The notes beneath the pieces were generated by a model, which was not told the DNA's origin, ran no database searches, and was given only the letters and a program-made list of their open reading frames with translations. A stretch of 64,000 nucleotides of DNA from Octopus vulgaris (taxonomy: Eukaryota), in assembly GCA_951406725.2 (NCBI GenBank), contig OX597833.1:69440001-69504000 (forward strand), written 5' to 3'. Of the stretch, positions 41,447 to 57,124 are shown piece by piece. A program made the translations under genes and the position numbers. Each line of letters opens with the position of its first letter. Within the stretch, counting starts at the first letter, position 1.

Positions 41447-41860
41447 GGCGGTGAGCTGGCAGACACGTTAGCGCGCCGGGTGAAATGCTTAGCGGTATTT
41501 CCTCTGCCGTTACGTTGTGAGTTCAAATTCCGCCGAGGTCGACTTTGCCTTTCATCTTTTCGGGGTCGATAAATTAAGTACCAGTTGCGCACTGGGGTCG
41601 ATGTAATCTACTTAATACCTATGTCTGTCCATGTTTATCTCCTCTATGTTTAGCCCCCTGTGGGTAATAAAGAAATAAGTATTTCGTCTGCCGTTACGTT
41701 CTGAGTTCAAATTCCGCCGAGGTCGACTTTGCCTGTCATCCTTTCGGGGTCGATAAATAAAGTACCAGTTTCGCACTGGGGTCGATGTAATCGACTCAAT
41801 CCCTTTGTTTGTCCTTGTTTGTCCCCTCTATGTTTAGCCCCTTGTGGGCAATAAAGAAAT
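41447..41860 (+). mobile_element. SINE A tandem dimer, 16-bp TSD
   Basis: Junction GAAATAAGTATTTC at 41672-41685. TSD AATATGTACATCTCTG at 41431-41446 and 41858-41873. Confidence 0.92.
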
Positions 41861-42534
41861 ATGTACATCTCTGATGATGAGCTGGATTAGTGGCGGGGCG
41901 GGGGCATCAGAGCGATCTGTTGAGGGGAGTTTTTCCTTAGCCAAGACGGAACCTGGACGAAATCATAACGGACATAAAAAGGGAGACAAAAACACGATAC
42001 AAGGAACATTTGCTTGCGTTATAACCAATTTATTGCTCTTTACTTTTAACAACAAAATCTTAAATATATCCTCAAAGGTCACATGGACCCCGGCTTAGTA
42101 CCTCTGGTACAGTATATCTGCTCAGTCTCTTGCCACGTTCACCAAATTTCACATTCATCTAGCTGTTCTTCCTGATATATCACTATACTAACCAGGATCC
42201 GTCTGCAGCCAGCCCTCACTGCATCGTTCTATCGAACGTTTACGAGATGAAGGTGCCTGTTGATCGTCTGTCGCTAGTTCATCTGCGAACATCTCTTAAA
42301 CCGCAACATTTAAGGGCTTCATTCAACGACATCTCTCGCGAGTTTGTTCATCGAGTGTCTTGAGAATTGTCCCACCCACGCTGTCGAGTCTTGCAAAAGG
42401 TGATGGACACTGGACGCTGGTCTGCTCTTCTGAGTTGTCTCATTCGAACCCAAGAACATTTATTTCCAAGGCAACCGCTTTTAAAAGCGTCTAATTTCAT
42501 TTTCTTGCTTGATTTTTCAGGTGGTTTTCATCAG

Positions 42535-42957
42535 AATACCTATTTCTTTACTACCCACAGAGGGGCTAAACACAGAGAGGACAAACAAGGACAGACAAAC
42601 GGATTAAGTCGATTATATCGACCCCAGTGCCGTAACTGGTACTTATTTAATCGACCCCGAAAGGATAAAAGGCAAAGTCGACCTCGGCGGAATTTGAACT
42701 CAGAACGTAACGGCAGACGAAATACCTATTTCTTTACTACCCACAAGGAGCTAAACACAGAGAGGACAAACAAGGACAGACAAACGGATTAAGTCGATTA
42801 TATCGACCCCAGTGCGTAACTGGTACTTATTTAATCGACCCCGAAAGGATGAAAAGCAAAGTGGACCTCGGCGGAATTTGAACTCGGAACGTAACGGCAG
42901 ACGAAATACCGCTAAGCATTTCGCCCGGCCTGCTAACGTTTCTGCCAACTCGCCGCC
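42535..42957 (-). mobile_element. SINE A tandem dimer
   Basis: Junction GAAATACCTATTTC at 42719-42732; flanked by GGT(T/A)TTCATCAGAATA on both sides. Confidence 0.92.
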
Positions 42958-43219
42958 TGAGGTATTCATCAGAATATCTCTTCGCTATTTTTCCTACATT
43001 TTTGCCTATTGTTGCATCCAGTCATTGCAAAGTAGTTGGCTAAGAAGAACAATCACCTCATCGATATCCGAGGTCACAAAGGGCACGCGAAGATCACTTT
43101 CACAGCCACTTCTTTTGGGCCAAACCATTAAATAAAAAATGTCACCCACCACTTAAAGAAATGCATTTGCGCCGTCTTTTGTCGAATATGACAAAGCAGG
43201 AGGTCTATTAGTTCGGAGA

Positions 43220-45320
<2,101 letters not shown>

Positions 45321-45816
45321 TTGCAGTCAAATTTCTATTAGAAAGAACGTCTTCATTATTTTTGACATAGAAAATATGTTTATTCTTATTTTTTGAATCA
45401 TAAATTTCCGAATACACTCGCACACACACACATGGAATGAACACACACACATGGAATGAACACACACACACACACACACACATACATATACTCACACACT
45501 GATATATTATATATGAAAACAAACGGAAAGCAAAAGTTACTGTACATATATGCACGTATATATGCATGCATCTATGTATGAATATGTGTGTATGTCTAAT
45601 TATGTATATGTACGTTCCATATACAATGCAAAGCCAACAGAACTACACTGTGCATTCAAATTCTTTGACTCCATGCCAAAGTATTTGACAGCTTTATATC
45701 CGCTACTCATTGGAATGGATTTTTTTGTATTTTGAAATTCTCTGCAGATCTTCATTTATGTGATTGCAACGGGAACGTGAGACTAATCCCACTTCTGGAA
45801 TACAATATGTATATAC

Positions 45817-45847
<31 letters not shown>

Positions 45848-47166
45848 CATGTGTGTTTGTATGCATACATACATACAAACATATATACGTATATGTGTGC
45901 GTGTGAGAGAGACAGTTTGTTTTAGTTTGTGTGTTTTCTTTGCAAGAAAATGCCCAGGGCAATTCACACGTAGACATATATTTCATAGTTTATAAATATG
46001 TACACAGAAATCACTTACTTGTTCTATAATAAACATCTTCTAATGAAATATAAACCACAGAGGATAAACCGAAGTGGCTGGAACACACGTTTCGCGGGGG
46101 TGTATCCTTATCAGTCGTGGCTTTTCTCGTTATTCAACTGCAAACGTCAGGAAATGCATATTTTCTCATGAATAATGTAAACATACTAGTTGAGTAAATA
46201 AATTCATATAGTCTGAGATATATTTTGGCTGGGATTAAATAATAAACGTATAACGTTATCATATACAATATGGTTAATAAAATACATTGACTCTTGCTGT
46301 AGAAATATATTGATCGCATATCATACAATGGCGTCGGCAGCTGAATGTGAAAAGCACTATGGTTGCTTGGATTTATTATATAATTCGTCAGGGACCCTAT
46401 AGTACGTACATGAATTTTTGTTTTCTGTAAATACATACAAGCGTGCCTATATATCCAGCCGTATCTGTACGTATATATTTCCGTATGATCCGCAAGAAGC
46501 GTTAATACTGTTAATGATTGAATTCTGTTGATGTGTTTATCTGTAAGTTAAATTTGACTTAGCAAGTTTGGAATTATTTTCTGCACCAGCTCAGCATAAT
46601 TTTCCTGAAAATGAAATCTCTCAGGCTACGTACGTTCGCAACCCGATTATTTGAATATTCTGATGTTTGATATTAAAAGTTAACTTGTTTCATTTTAATA
46701 TATTGTTATGACTCCCAATTCAAATACATTTTAAATAATACATACAGATGAAAAATGTGTCATTGCTAGAGTAAATACACCGTAATTGGCTGAGGGCTAA
46801 CCACCAAGAAAATATAACTGACGATATGAAAATTATAGATTTTATGTATTATGCAATTTAACATAAAATGACTGCGTGGGTTGACAGGTGATACGAAATT
46901 TCTCTACGAATATGAAATGGTTGGTCTTGGAAATATGGCGGTGGAATATTTTAGTTTTATTTCGAGGTTCCTGAGCTGTATTTGCTGGATTTTCAGACTT
47001 CTGCGATCGTCAAAATATATCTGTACGATACCACTTTTAACAATATTTTGTCATGTTTTTACACAACTGAATCTCAGCTACATCTGTATATATGTGTGGA
47101 TGCGTGTGGGTTCGTGTGTGCGCGCATGTGTGCATGTGTGTATGTATATATACTTATATGTATATA

Positions 47167-47209
<43 letters not shown>

Positions 47210-48006
47210 TCTCAACAATTGAGGTACTAAGCCCTTTTATATAATATATATATATATATATATAATCCGGACACGCATCATCCTCATTCCTTTTTGTAGA
47301 AGGACGTAGGCTCGAAACGTGAAAGATTTTCTATTTTTTCCTAAGTATCTCACCAGATAGACGGAAGAGCATTGTAGAAAATGAAGGAGAGTATATTTTA
47401 GATTAAAAAAGAACTTCGGTTATCTTAAATTTGAAAAAAAAATTTATAAAATCGCATCATTTATGGGATGATCCAATATACGTAATTTGCTGATGCAGAG
47501 TAGAAATTGTCATAAAACGAGAATAACTAGATTTCTAATTCCCGTTTACTTGTCGCCAACAAACTTGTGGCAAGGCAATGAGCTATAATTAAATCCACCA
47601 TAGTTTTTCTTTGGTAACACAACTTTCATGAATAGATGTGTGTTCGTGTGTTTGTGTAAATACACAGGCGTGTCAACTGCGTTGATTCTACTGGAGTTCC
47701 TTTGTATTACTTTGGCTAATGCCAGTGAATTGTACATATCATTTCTTACCTAGCCAACAGTATAACACGCTGTTGTCAGAAGTTTCGATAACTTAAAAAT
47801 TATAACCTGGATACATTAATCACCAATGGATGAGAAGAGAGAACATGCTTTAAAATATTGCTGTTACCGTTATACACGTTCACTGGAAGAATTTCAAAAT
47901 AGTCTCCAAAGGCAGCCAGCCAACATGGCTACTATCACCAGTCAACGTTGTTTAACAACTAACCAAAGACTCCTTGGAGTTCCTCTACTGTTGTGGTAGA
48001 ATATAT

Positions 48007-48405
48007 TCTCTTTACTCTTTTCTCTTTTACTTGTTTCAGTCATTTGACTGCGGCCATGCTGGAGCACCGCCTTTAATCGAGCAACTCGACCCCGGGATTT
48101 ATTCTTTGTAAGCCCAGTACTTATTATATCGGTTCTTTGCCGAACCGCTAAGTGACGTGGACATAAACACACCAGCATCGGCTGTCAAACAATGTTGGGG
48201 GGACAAACACAGACATACAAACTCACACACACACATATACATACATATATACGACGGGCTTCTTTCAGTTTCCGTCTACCAAATCCACTCACAAGGCTTT
48301 GGTCGGCCCGAAGCTATAGTAGAAGACACGTGCCCAAGGTGCCACGCAGTGGGACTGAACCCAAAACCATGTGGTTGGTAAACAAGCTACTTACCACACA
48401 GCCAC
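48007..48405 (-). mobile_element. SINE B, slightly 5'-truncated
   Basis: Reverse complement of family B. Confidence 0.92.
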
Positions 48406-49019
48406 ATCAGAGATATTTATCTATTAATTGTAGCAAATTGTAGCAAATGTCGATCTTTTTTTGCTCAATTTCAATTTGTTTTTATAGTCTGCAGTCTTCG
48501 ATAACAAATCTTGCAATAAACTGTCTAAATATAAATTATTTGTCAATTTACAACAAACTCAGTCGTAAATGCTTGATTAGAACTAAAGATATTATTTACC
48601 TTTCGGCTTCTGGCTAGATGCGTATCTGATTCTTATCTGATACAAAGTCAATCTAGGAGGAGCTCAAAACTATAAAAAGACACCTAAACCATTAAATATG
48701 CATCACAATACATAATGGCTTACTTAAAAGTGGGCCACAAATTAAAAGAGGCCAATTGCTTAAACGCAGCTTAATCTTCAGTTTAATAACGTGTTTATTA
48801 GATATTATCCTGTATTTAATTAAGGAGCGAAGTGGCACTCCAGTGCACAAAACTCACTGGTCACTCGTAATCATTCATGTGATATTTAATTTAACTTATA
48901 TGATTATTTTAGACACACTCACACACACCACACACACACACATCCCCCCCTTTGTTGCCTTTGTCCCTCTTTCTCTCTCTCTTTGTTTCCTTTGCCCCCT
49001 TTCTTTTCTCTCTCTTCTG

Positions 49020-49470
49020 TCACGTGACCGCTGGTCAAAATCTGCCTTTTGGCCTCCGACCGCTGCCGTGAGAACATCTGTTGTCTTCGTCTGCCGAAAA
49101 AGGCATTTTTTTCCAAATACGTCAGCTAAACTTGTTGTACTGTTTATTAGTCGTAAGACACCCGCTGTTTTTGTCCTGTTTTTACCATTATTGTTTTTTT
49201 GTATTTTATATTCGGGTGGCATCGTCCGTTTTTTCTGTCCCTGTTTCGTATACATTCGATCCTTCTTCCAAGAAATCTAATGCTCGTAGATTAGTTTTTC
49301 CTTGGGGATGGCCGGATCGGAGCGATCTCAAGATTAATCAGCCGAAATTGCTAGGATGATCCGGTTCTTGACTGAAGATTGAAGGCTTCGAATGTCCTGT
49401 CCGTGTTTTTTGTATCGTCTTCTAAATGTTTTACGTTCTTGTCCCAGTTTGTATTTTTCTACATATAAAT
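49020..49470 (+). repeat. Interspersed repeat related to 58330-58860 (Penelope-like 5' region candidate)
   Basis: GCCTCCGACCGCTGC...CTTCGTCTGCCGAAAAAGGC resembles the reverse complement of 58805-58852. Both copies are T-rich on the same strand and end in GTCC(C/T)GT-like motifs next to TA tracts. Confidence 0.45.
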
Positions 49471-50027
49471 AATATATACCCATATATGTATATATACAGA
49501 GGTTTAATTAATTATCTTTCCAAATTACACACTATATTTGCAAGTGATCTAATATGTCTGATAAAACTATTTGTTTGCCTTTGTTTTCCAAAAAATTGAT
49601 GATTTATCTTCATCTCTTATTTCTTCTAAATTTTTCGCATGGTATAGATAATTTATGGACGCTCTGAGTATATGCGTATACTTTGGTGACGGTGTGTGTG
49701 TGGGGGAGGGGTGTTTGAGCAGATTAACAAAGGAAAGAGCACTCAATACCTTCCCAACAGTTTTTCTTCGTTCGGAAATAGTAGATGATACATCAGGTCA
49801 TTCTGTAAGGATTCAAACATCACGTGCATGGTATTCCAGAGGACCTCCGTGAGTGTATATATAAATATATACAAACATACACATACATGCATGAATATAT
49901 ATATATTTATATTTATATTTATGTTTATAGTTAAATATATATATATATATATATATGTGCGTGTGTGTGTGTGCAAACATATACAAACACAATCACATTT
50001 ACAAAAACAAACCCGTACACAAACACA

Positions 50028-50085
<58 letters not shown>

Positions 50086-50117
50086 TATACATATATATAT
50101 TTATTTATTTATATATT

Positions 50118-50155
<38 letters not shown>

Positions 50156-50594
50156 TGTGTATATATATATATGTATATATATACACACACATCTACACAC
50201 ATATGACACTATGCAGACACATGTGTACGCGGGTATGTTTCATGTGCAACTTCCAAATTTCAATATGAAAATTTCCCTTTCTTACATGGAACATATATCC
50301 TTAACCAAAAGTTGCTGACTGACTTCATTAAAGCCAATTCATTATAATTTGGAAAATTAAAATATTTACTTATTTCTTCTTGAGAGAAATCGTTAGAAAA
50401 ACGGCGAAAGTAGTTTCTAAAACTCTTCATTAACGCATTTGAATTCGGCAAATGCAAAACCTGATACTTTCTATTTAATTATGGTGTGTGTGTGTGTGTG
50501 GTGTTCGTGTGAATGTATTTATGTATGTATGTGCGTTAGTGTGCGTGTATGTATGTATATGTATATACATATACATATATATATATACATATAT

Positions 50595-50625
<31 letters not shown>

Positions 50626-50656
50626 AATATGTATGTATGTATACATGCATGTATGC

Positions 50657-50696
<40 letters not shown>

Positions 50697-51041
50697 TTAG
50701 AATTCTTTTCATATATATGCCTAAATGCATACATACAAATAGAGTGAGTCATATATATATGTATGTGTATATATATATGTGTTGTGTGTATGTATATATT
50801 TCATTTGAATTTAGGTGAAGATCTGTATTATACATACACACACATTGCAAAGTACACGTATTCACCAAAATTCCTGTTAGTAGAACTTTGACAATTTATT
50901 TCCTTCTGTGTGTGGTTGGGAACGAGAGTTGTGTATGTGAGCTTATAAGCTTCGTAGCTTATACATCAATAAAACTTTGAAAACTTATTCACACATACAC
51001 ACAGCTTCATAAACACACATACAAATTTAGATATGCACACA

Positions 51042-51107
<66 letters not shown>

Positions 51108-51949
51108 CACATGTATATACGTGTGTGTGTCCATGTCTGTGTGTGCACACACACACACATATATATATAGATATATATGATCATACACGGGCATATATAT
51201 ACATATATACACACACACGTATATGATCATATATATTTATATATATACATACATACATGCATACATACGTATACAAATGCAATAGAGTACGTTCTTAGAT
51301 GCACACACTTAGTGACCTCGAAGTTTGCACATATTGCCACATTACATGTATTCATGTACACATTCTGCATGTTACACTTTTCATCACCTTAATTAACGGC
51401 GAACACATATTGTGATGAAATATTCAACAAAATTAACAGGGTCTTCCGATTTGCCGCTAATATTCTTTCATTTTTATCATTTTTTTTTTTTGTTAGTATT
51501 TATTTAAATTCCTTTTGTTATCCTTCAGATAAATTGAACGTGTTAGGTTTTTGAAGGATCTCTTAATTTGCATGGAGCCTTACATGTCAGCATGAAGTAA
51601 GGAGACACACAGATCTGTAAAACTGTTCGCTGAATCCTGAATACAAATTTGCAAAGCTAATTTACTTGAATAAACGGTGTTTTATATTTTTTTTATATCA
51701 GATTGATAGAATAATTAGACACTGCCGTAGAATCTACACTCAGTATTTTTGATCAATCTTGTTCATTTTCCTAACTAAGCGTTACTCTAATTTCTTGAAA
51801 CTGGTGTCAAATCCGTGCTTATTACCTTTCAACTACTTTCTACTTAAATGAATAGTTACCAGTGTCTCTTTACAGTAATTAGAATATTACCAAACTAGTG
51901 TCGCTTAAGAGGATTCAGTGTCATGTTGGGTGTCATATTTAAGAATTAT

Positions 51950-52430
51950 CCTTTCTACGATAGGCTCAAGGTCTGAAATTTGGGGTAAGGGTCTAGTCGA
52001 TTACATCGACCCCAGTATTCAACTGGTACTTAGTTTATCGACCCCCCAAAAGGATGGAAGCCTAAGTCGACCCCAGTGGAATTATATTTAAGAATTACCC
52101 AACGCCCTTCTTATGCTCCATGTTGTGTTATATAGTCTTGCAAATTTAGAAATTTAGGGGGCTCTGAATCAGAAAATTCTAGACGGATTCCGAATCAATT
52201 TACAGTTATATGTGGCGGCGAGATGGTAGAGACGTTAGCACGCTGGGCGAAATGCTTAGCGCTATTTCGTCTGTCTTTATGTTCTGAGTTCAAATTCCGC
52301 CGAGGTTGACATTACCTGTAATCATTTCGGGCCGATAAATCAAGTACCAGTTGCGAACCGGGGTCGATCTAATCGACTGGCCCCCTCCTGAAAGAAATTT
52401 CGGGCCTTGTGCCTAGAGTAGAAAAGAATT
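51950..52430. mobile_element. Two SINE A-related copies with the alternative tail: 51950-52085 (-) and 52214-52430 (+)
   Basis: Family A head/body followed by ...GAAATTTCGGGCCTTGTGCCTAGAGTAGAAAAGAATT. Confidence 0.8.
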
Positions 52431-52519
52431 TATATGTATATGAGTGTGTGTGTGTGAGTGGATTTGGTATACGGAAACTCAAAGAAGCGCGTCGTATATA
52501 TATATATATATATACATGT

Positions 52520-52653
52520 ATATATGGGTACAGGACGTCACCAACGATGGAAATAACATGAAATACGTAAACAAGAAGAAGAAGAAGATGGAAAACAGGA
52601 CAAGTAAACAGAGAGAAAGTATCCTTCATCAGTTGCCGACTGTCTATTTACTC
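52520..52653 (-). repeat. Second copy of the 38355-38555 repeat
   Basis: Reverse complement GAGTAAATAGACAGTCGGCAACTGATGAAGG...GTGACGTCCTGTACCCATATA; embedded between TA tracts. Confidence 0.7.
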
Positions 52654-53179
52654 ATATATATATATGTGTGTGTGTGTGTGTGTTCGTATTTATGTGTGTA
52701 TTGGATGTGTGTCTGTGTGTGCGTATATATCTTTATATGTGTGTATGTGAGCCCGTGTTTACGTTGTGGTAACGATTTGATCTCTTCAGTTTTGATGAGT
52801 ACTGTTTTTATATATATTTTCCATAAAATCATCGAAGTTCTTTCTGTCCATATCCATTCATTAGATTTTGTAAATACTTCAGTCTCCTAACATTTTGAAG
52901 TTCCTTTTTTCTTTATTTTTTCGTTGATTTGATCGCTGTGTTGCGTGATTTTCCCCGCTTTCCTTTTTGTCGCAAGCGATGACGTGAATATTGGTGGTAT
53001 TTTCTTTCTTCACACCGGGTTTGAAAATGTTATAATTGTAATGAACAATATTATTCATAGTCATTTTGTTGTTTTGTATCTGATAATTTTTAACCAAAAT
53101 TTTCCTAACAGCCAATAATTGTTTTGATTTTTATCGCTCAACCTATGAGAGCGTTGAATCAGATTAGAGCAAGATACAC

Positions 53180-54140
53180 CCAACAGATTTAGGTTTTAAA
53201 GCCTTTATTTATGTTAGCAGTAGTTCGAAGGAATCGGCTTTCTGCAGAAGCTCCATTCCAGTTTTGAGATATTACTGATCAAATCAGGGTTTGAGGTCGG
53301 TAGATTCCATTCTAACTACGATTACAGTCCAACTCTGTCATGTCTTGATTTCTACTCTACGTCCAGAGATCAGGTGGTCCACTGTTTCAATCATTGCAGT
53401 ATCGCCCCTTTGGGTCTACTTGCTTCCTTTAATTTCCATTTCGTTTTCCTTGATCTTCTCAATCCTCTACAACTGGTTACATCGCTTTCTGATTAGTTAT
53501 TGCATTCTTGTCCACGAGGTTTTCTATGTCAATAATGTCACATATTTTGTCCTTCCTGTATAGGACCTGTAGAGTTTTACGACATCAGTTAGTTTGTATG
53601 CTAAAGTGCCGCAGGGGTTTCCCATTGGTATCCTCCATGATTTTTCTGTGGTTCGTGTTTACATTCTTTGATCTTACCAGTAAGATCAATTTTCTGACAC
53701 AGTTCTTCTTGACGGATGACCCTAGCCACATGATGGAACTGAGCTTATATACATTTTGTCCTTGCTTTGTACATTCTGATGTTACGTGAAAGATTGATTC
53801 ATGCCTTTCACCGCACATTCTTCAATTTTCGGATCCATCCAGCTTATTGATATTTCTCTTCATACAATTTGTGCAAAGCGCTAAAACGTGGGCGGCAGCT
53901 ATCAGGCATTCTGTTTCTTTCTTCAAAAAGCCTTTTGTGGTAACTTTCAAGATTCATTACTTATTCCTTCTGAATCCCTAATAATTCTTCCATGGAATGG
54001 TTCGTTCTGTTTCCACAATTGTTCTCTTTGATCCCTCTTCATATTCTTCATATAGTTGTCATTTATGGCTTCCACATTTTGCAGGAATCTTTCTTACCAG
54101 ATTCTACTTATCATCTCTCATTTTGGATATTCCAATAAAC
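53180..54140 (-). pseudogene. Decayed R4/Dong-type LINE, C-terminal part (CCHC + RLE)
   Basis: Minus strand reads KKETECLIAAAHVLALCTN...*RMCGERHESIFHVTSECTKQGQNVYK (CCHC), KIMEDTNGKPLRHFSIQTN, KDKICDIIDI and ELLQKA, in the order of R4/Dong ORF C-termini. Confidence 0.75.
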
Positions 54141-54149
54141 TTGGCCAAG

Positions 54150-54224
54150 TCTTCTTCTTCTTCTTCTTCTTCTTCTTCTTCTTCTTCTTCTTCTTCTTCT
54201 TCTTCCGCTTCTTCTTCTTCTTCC

Positions 54225-54255
<31 letters not shown>

Positions 54256-54455
54256 CTTCTTCTTCTTCTTCACTTTCTTCTTCTTCTTCTTCTTCACTTT
54301 CTTCTTCTTCTTTTTCTTCTTCTTTTTCTTCTTCTTCTTCTTCACTTTCTTCTTCTTCTTCTTTTTCTTCTTCTTCTTCTTCTTCTTCTTCTTCTTCTTC
54401 TTCTTCTTCTTCTTCTTCTTCTTCTTCTTCTTCTTCTTCTTCTTCTTCTTCTTCT
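54150..54455. repeat. (TTC)n/(GAA)n trinucleotide tract, ~300 bp
   Basis: Direct read; explains the poly-E/S/F/K ORFs. Confidence 0.95.
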
Positions 54456-54576
54456 ACGCTGTGGTCGATGTTGTCTTTCATCTTGACAGGAACAAAAAAA
54501 ATTGAGCAGTTGAGTAATTTTACAATCGACTAGCCCCCTCCCCTCCAATGTTTCATACCTCATTCCGACAATACAA

Positions 54577-54577
<1 letters not shown>

Positions 54578-54618
<41 letters not shown>

Positions 54619-54649
54619 GTTGTTGTTATTGTTATTGTTATTATTGTCG

Positions 54650-54689
<40 letters not shown>

Positions 54690-54700
54690 CATTATCATCA
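54578..54700. repeat. (TTA)n grading into (TTG)n
   Basis: Direct read. Confidence 0.95.
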
Positions 54701-54899
54701 TCTTTCAATTCTATTTCCATTTCTTGGCGAGTATCTTCCTGGCACCTAGGGTAGAGAAACGCACTCTATACATTGGTAGGCCATTAGAATAAACACACCA
54801 GATCGTTCATTTACAAAGTCATGTGATAGAGAAAATGGGAAAAAAATTTTAAAAATACAAAAACAAAACAAAGAAAATAAAAGGGAAAAAGGAAAGAAA

Positions 54900-56050
54900 A
54901 TTCACAGGGAGAATGCTCTTCTCAATAGGTGTGACATTCTAGTTAAGACAGTCTTTTATACTTCCTGAATGGATGGTAATCCAAGGATCATTCTTAAATA
55001 ATTTTCGGGTTCCTTTTTTGATCATTCCAAATGCTCCTGCAATCACTAGTATTGTAACAGTGATGGAATGGAAGCACTCCGTCGGTTACGACGACGAGGG
55101 TTCCGGTTGATCCGAATCAACGGAACAGCCTGCTCGTGAAATTAACGTGTAAGTGGCTGAGCACTCCACAGACACGTGTACCCTTAACGTATTCCTCGGG
55201 GATATTCAGCGTGACACAGAGAGTGACAAGGCCGGCCCTTTGAAATACAGGTACAACAGAAACAGGAAGTAAGAGTGAGAGAAAGTTGTGGTGAAAGAGT
55301 ACAGCAGGGATCACTACCATCCCCTGCCGGAGCCTCGCGGAGCTTTAGTTGTTTTGGCTCAATAAACACTCACAACGCCCGGTCTGGGAATCGAAACCGC
55401 GACCCTATGACCGCGGGTCCGCTGCCCTAACCACTGGGCCATTGTAACAGTGATATGCATGATAGTTCTCTATTTCTGTGTATTACTACTGCAAATGTAT
55501 TCAGGATTTTCTACTTCAATTCTATTATAGACTCTCTGTCCTTCAGTAAATGTGTAGTCTTCTAATATTAATTCTTTACCACTTCCCGCACTATCTTTAT
55601 CAGATTCATTACGATTTATTACTTCAGACGTTCACGTGTCCTGGTCAGATGGCCGACTTTCAATTGAGACTCGTGGAAAGTTGGTCTTTATTTCGTCTGG
55701 TTCTTCATTTCCTTAGTCTCTTATATCCGAAGATATTTCTCCTAACATTTGCTAACTTGTTTTCAGCCAAATATAGTCTTCTGTCTCGATTTCGTGTTCT
55801 CCATATTTGATAAGAGTGTGCGGTGCGCTTCTTTCCCGATGGCCTTCCTAATGCAGAGTAATTACTTCTCTATACTCTTCTCAGGTCCATTTGATCCTCT
55901 CACATTTTGCTTTCTTTGATAGGTGTGATGGTGAACTTGGAGGGCTCCAGTTGGGGCAATTACCGCTCAAGTGATCATGTAGGTTCGTATTCAGAGAAGG
56001 GTTTGTACCAGTGGATGACTCCTCAGCTCCCGGCTGGCTCTGTCCAGATT
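54900..56050 (-). pseudogene. Second decayed R4/Dong-type LINE 3' part, interrupted by SINE C
   Basis: Minus strand reads ITVTILVIAGAFGMIKKG (the VVPIVIGALG-like RLE motif) and LPSIQEV*KTVLTRMSHLLRRAFSL* (ORF end at ~54903). Confidence 0.65.
55065..55440 (-). mobile_element. SINE C with 14-bp TSD, first ~8 nt missing
   Basis: TSD ATTGTAACAGTGAT at 55051-55064 and 55441-55454. Confidence 0.92.
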
Positions 56051-56209
56051 AACCATACGACAAGTGATTTGCTGTACTATTGTAGGTTTTCTTTTTGCTT
56101 CGTTAGACATATTTTTGCTACATTTAAAATATTATTATCGAGCCCTGTGTGGAAAGTGTAGAGATGGCTGCCGTCTCTGCCTCAATTGTCCTTTCTGCAT
56201 TAATACTGT

Positions 56210-56212
56210 TAC

Positions 56213-56281
<69 letters not shown>

Positions 56282-56322
56282 CGTTATTATTATTATTATC
56301 GTTATTATTATCGTTATTATTA
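56210..56322. repeat. (TTA)n microsatellite
   Basis: Direct read. Confidence 0.95.
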
Positions 56323-57124
56323 TATGCAAAACATTCAGAGTGGAATAACCGTGTTGCCAACTGCTGTGTGCTGCTATCGAAGTGTTGTTGATTATATGGT
56401 ATTGCATATTTCAAGTGTGATGTTTTTTTCTTTGTGGTTGTAAATACGTGATCAAACGACAGTCGAGTATCATAATTATTAAGAAAAGCCTAACATAAAA
56501 AAGGCTAATAGTGAAAAACGCAAAACCTTTCAGAAAAAGAAATCTCAAACAAAAACATTGTCGTGCTTTCTAATATGTTTGAAAGAAAATACGTTTTTAA
56601 TATCTCGCATTTGTGTTTGCGCTGTTTGCATGCTTCAAAGAAAATTTACATTTTCACTTCTTACTCTAATATACATGATTAAATTCCAACAATTAATGTA
56701 ATTACAATTTCTGTATATTTAATAAAATTCACCCTAATGCAGCTTCATTGGATTACCCATAACGCATTGCATCATCTCCTTTAAATATTAATTTTTCCTT
56801 CATCCATTTCCCAGTTCTTTCATTCACACTTTTACACTTTTATATCCATTAATACATTCATCAAAACTAACTCCTCATCATTTTCTGTTCCTATTCACCA
56901 ATCGTTCTCTTCCACCTCATAATTTTTCCTGCTTTTCCAAACACATCCGTCACTATTATTTCAATGTAAGGAGATTTGTCTTAAAAACTTTCACTTCCCC
57001 ACAACGAGGTTTCTGATCTTACTCCATTCTTTGACTCCCGAGGACAATTGTATATTCAATAACTTTGAGTAAACCTAAAAAGGATATATGTGTTTGCATT
57101 GGGACCCCTTCGCATCGAAGACCA

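Noticed and set aside
47750-47791. Minus-strand 42-nt exon candidate (IETSDNSVLYCWL) ending at GTAAGA
   Set aside because: Poor acceptor context and no recognisable homology; compatible with chance.
48756-49280. 174-aa ORF, the longest largely non-microsatellite ORF
   Set aside because: It runs through CA/CT tracts and a T-rich interspersed repeat, with biased composition and no domain signature.
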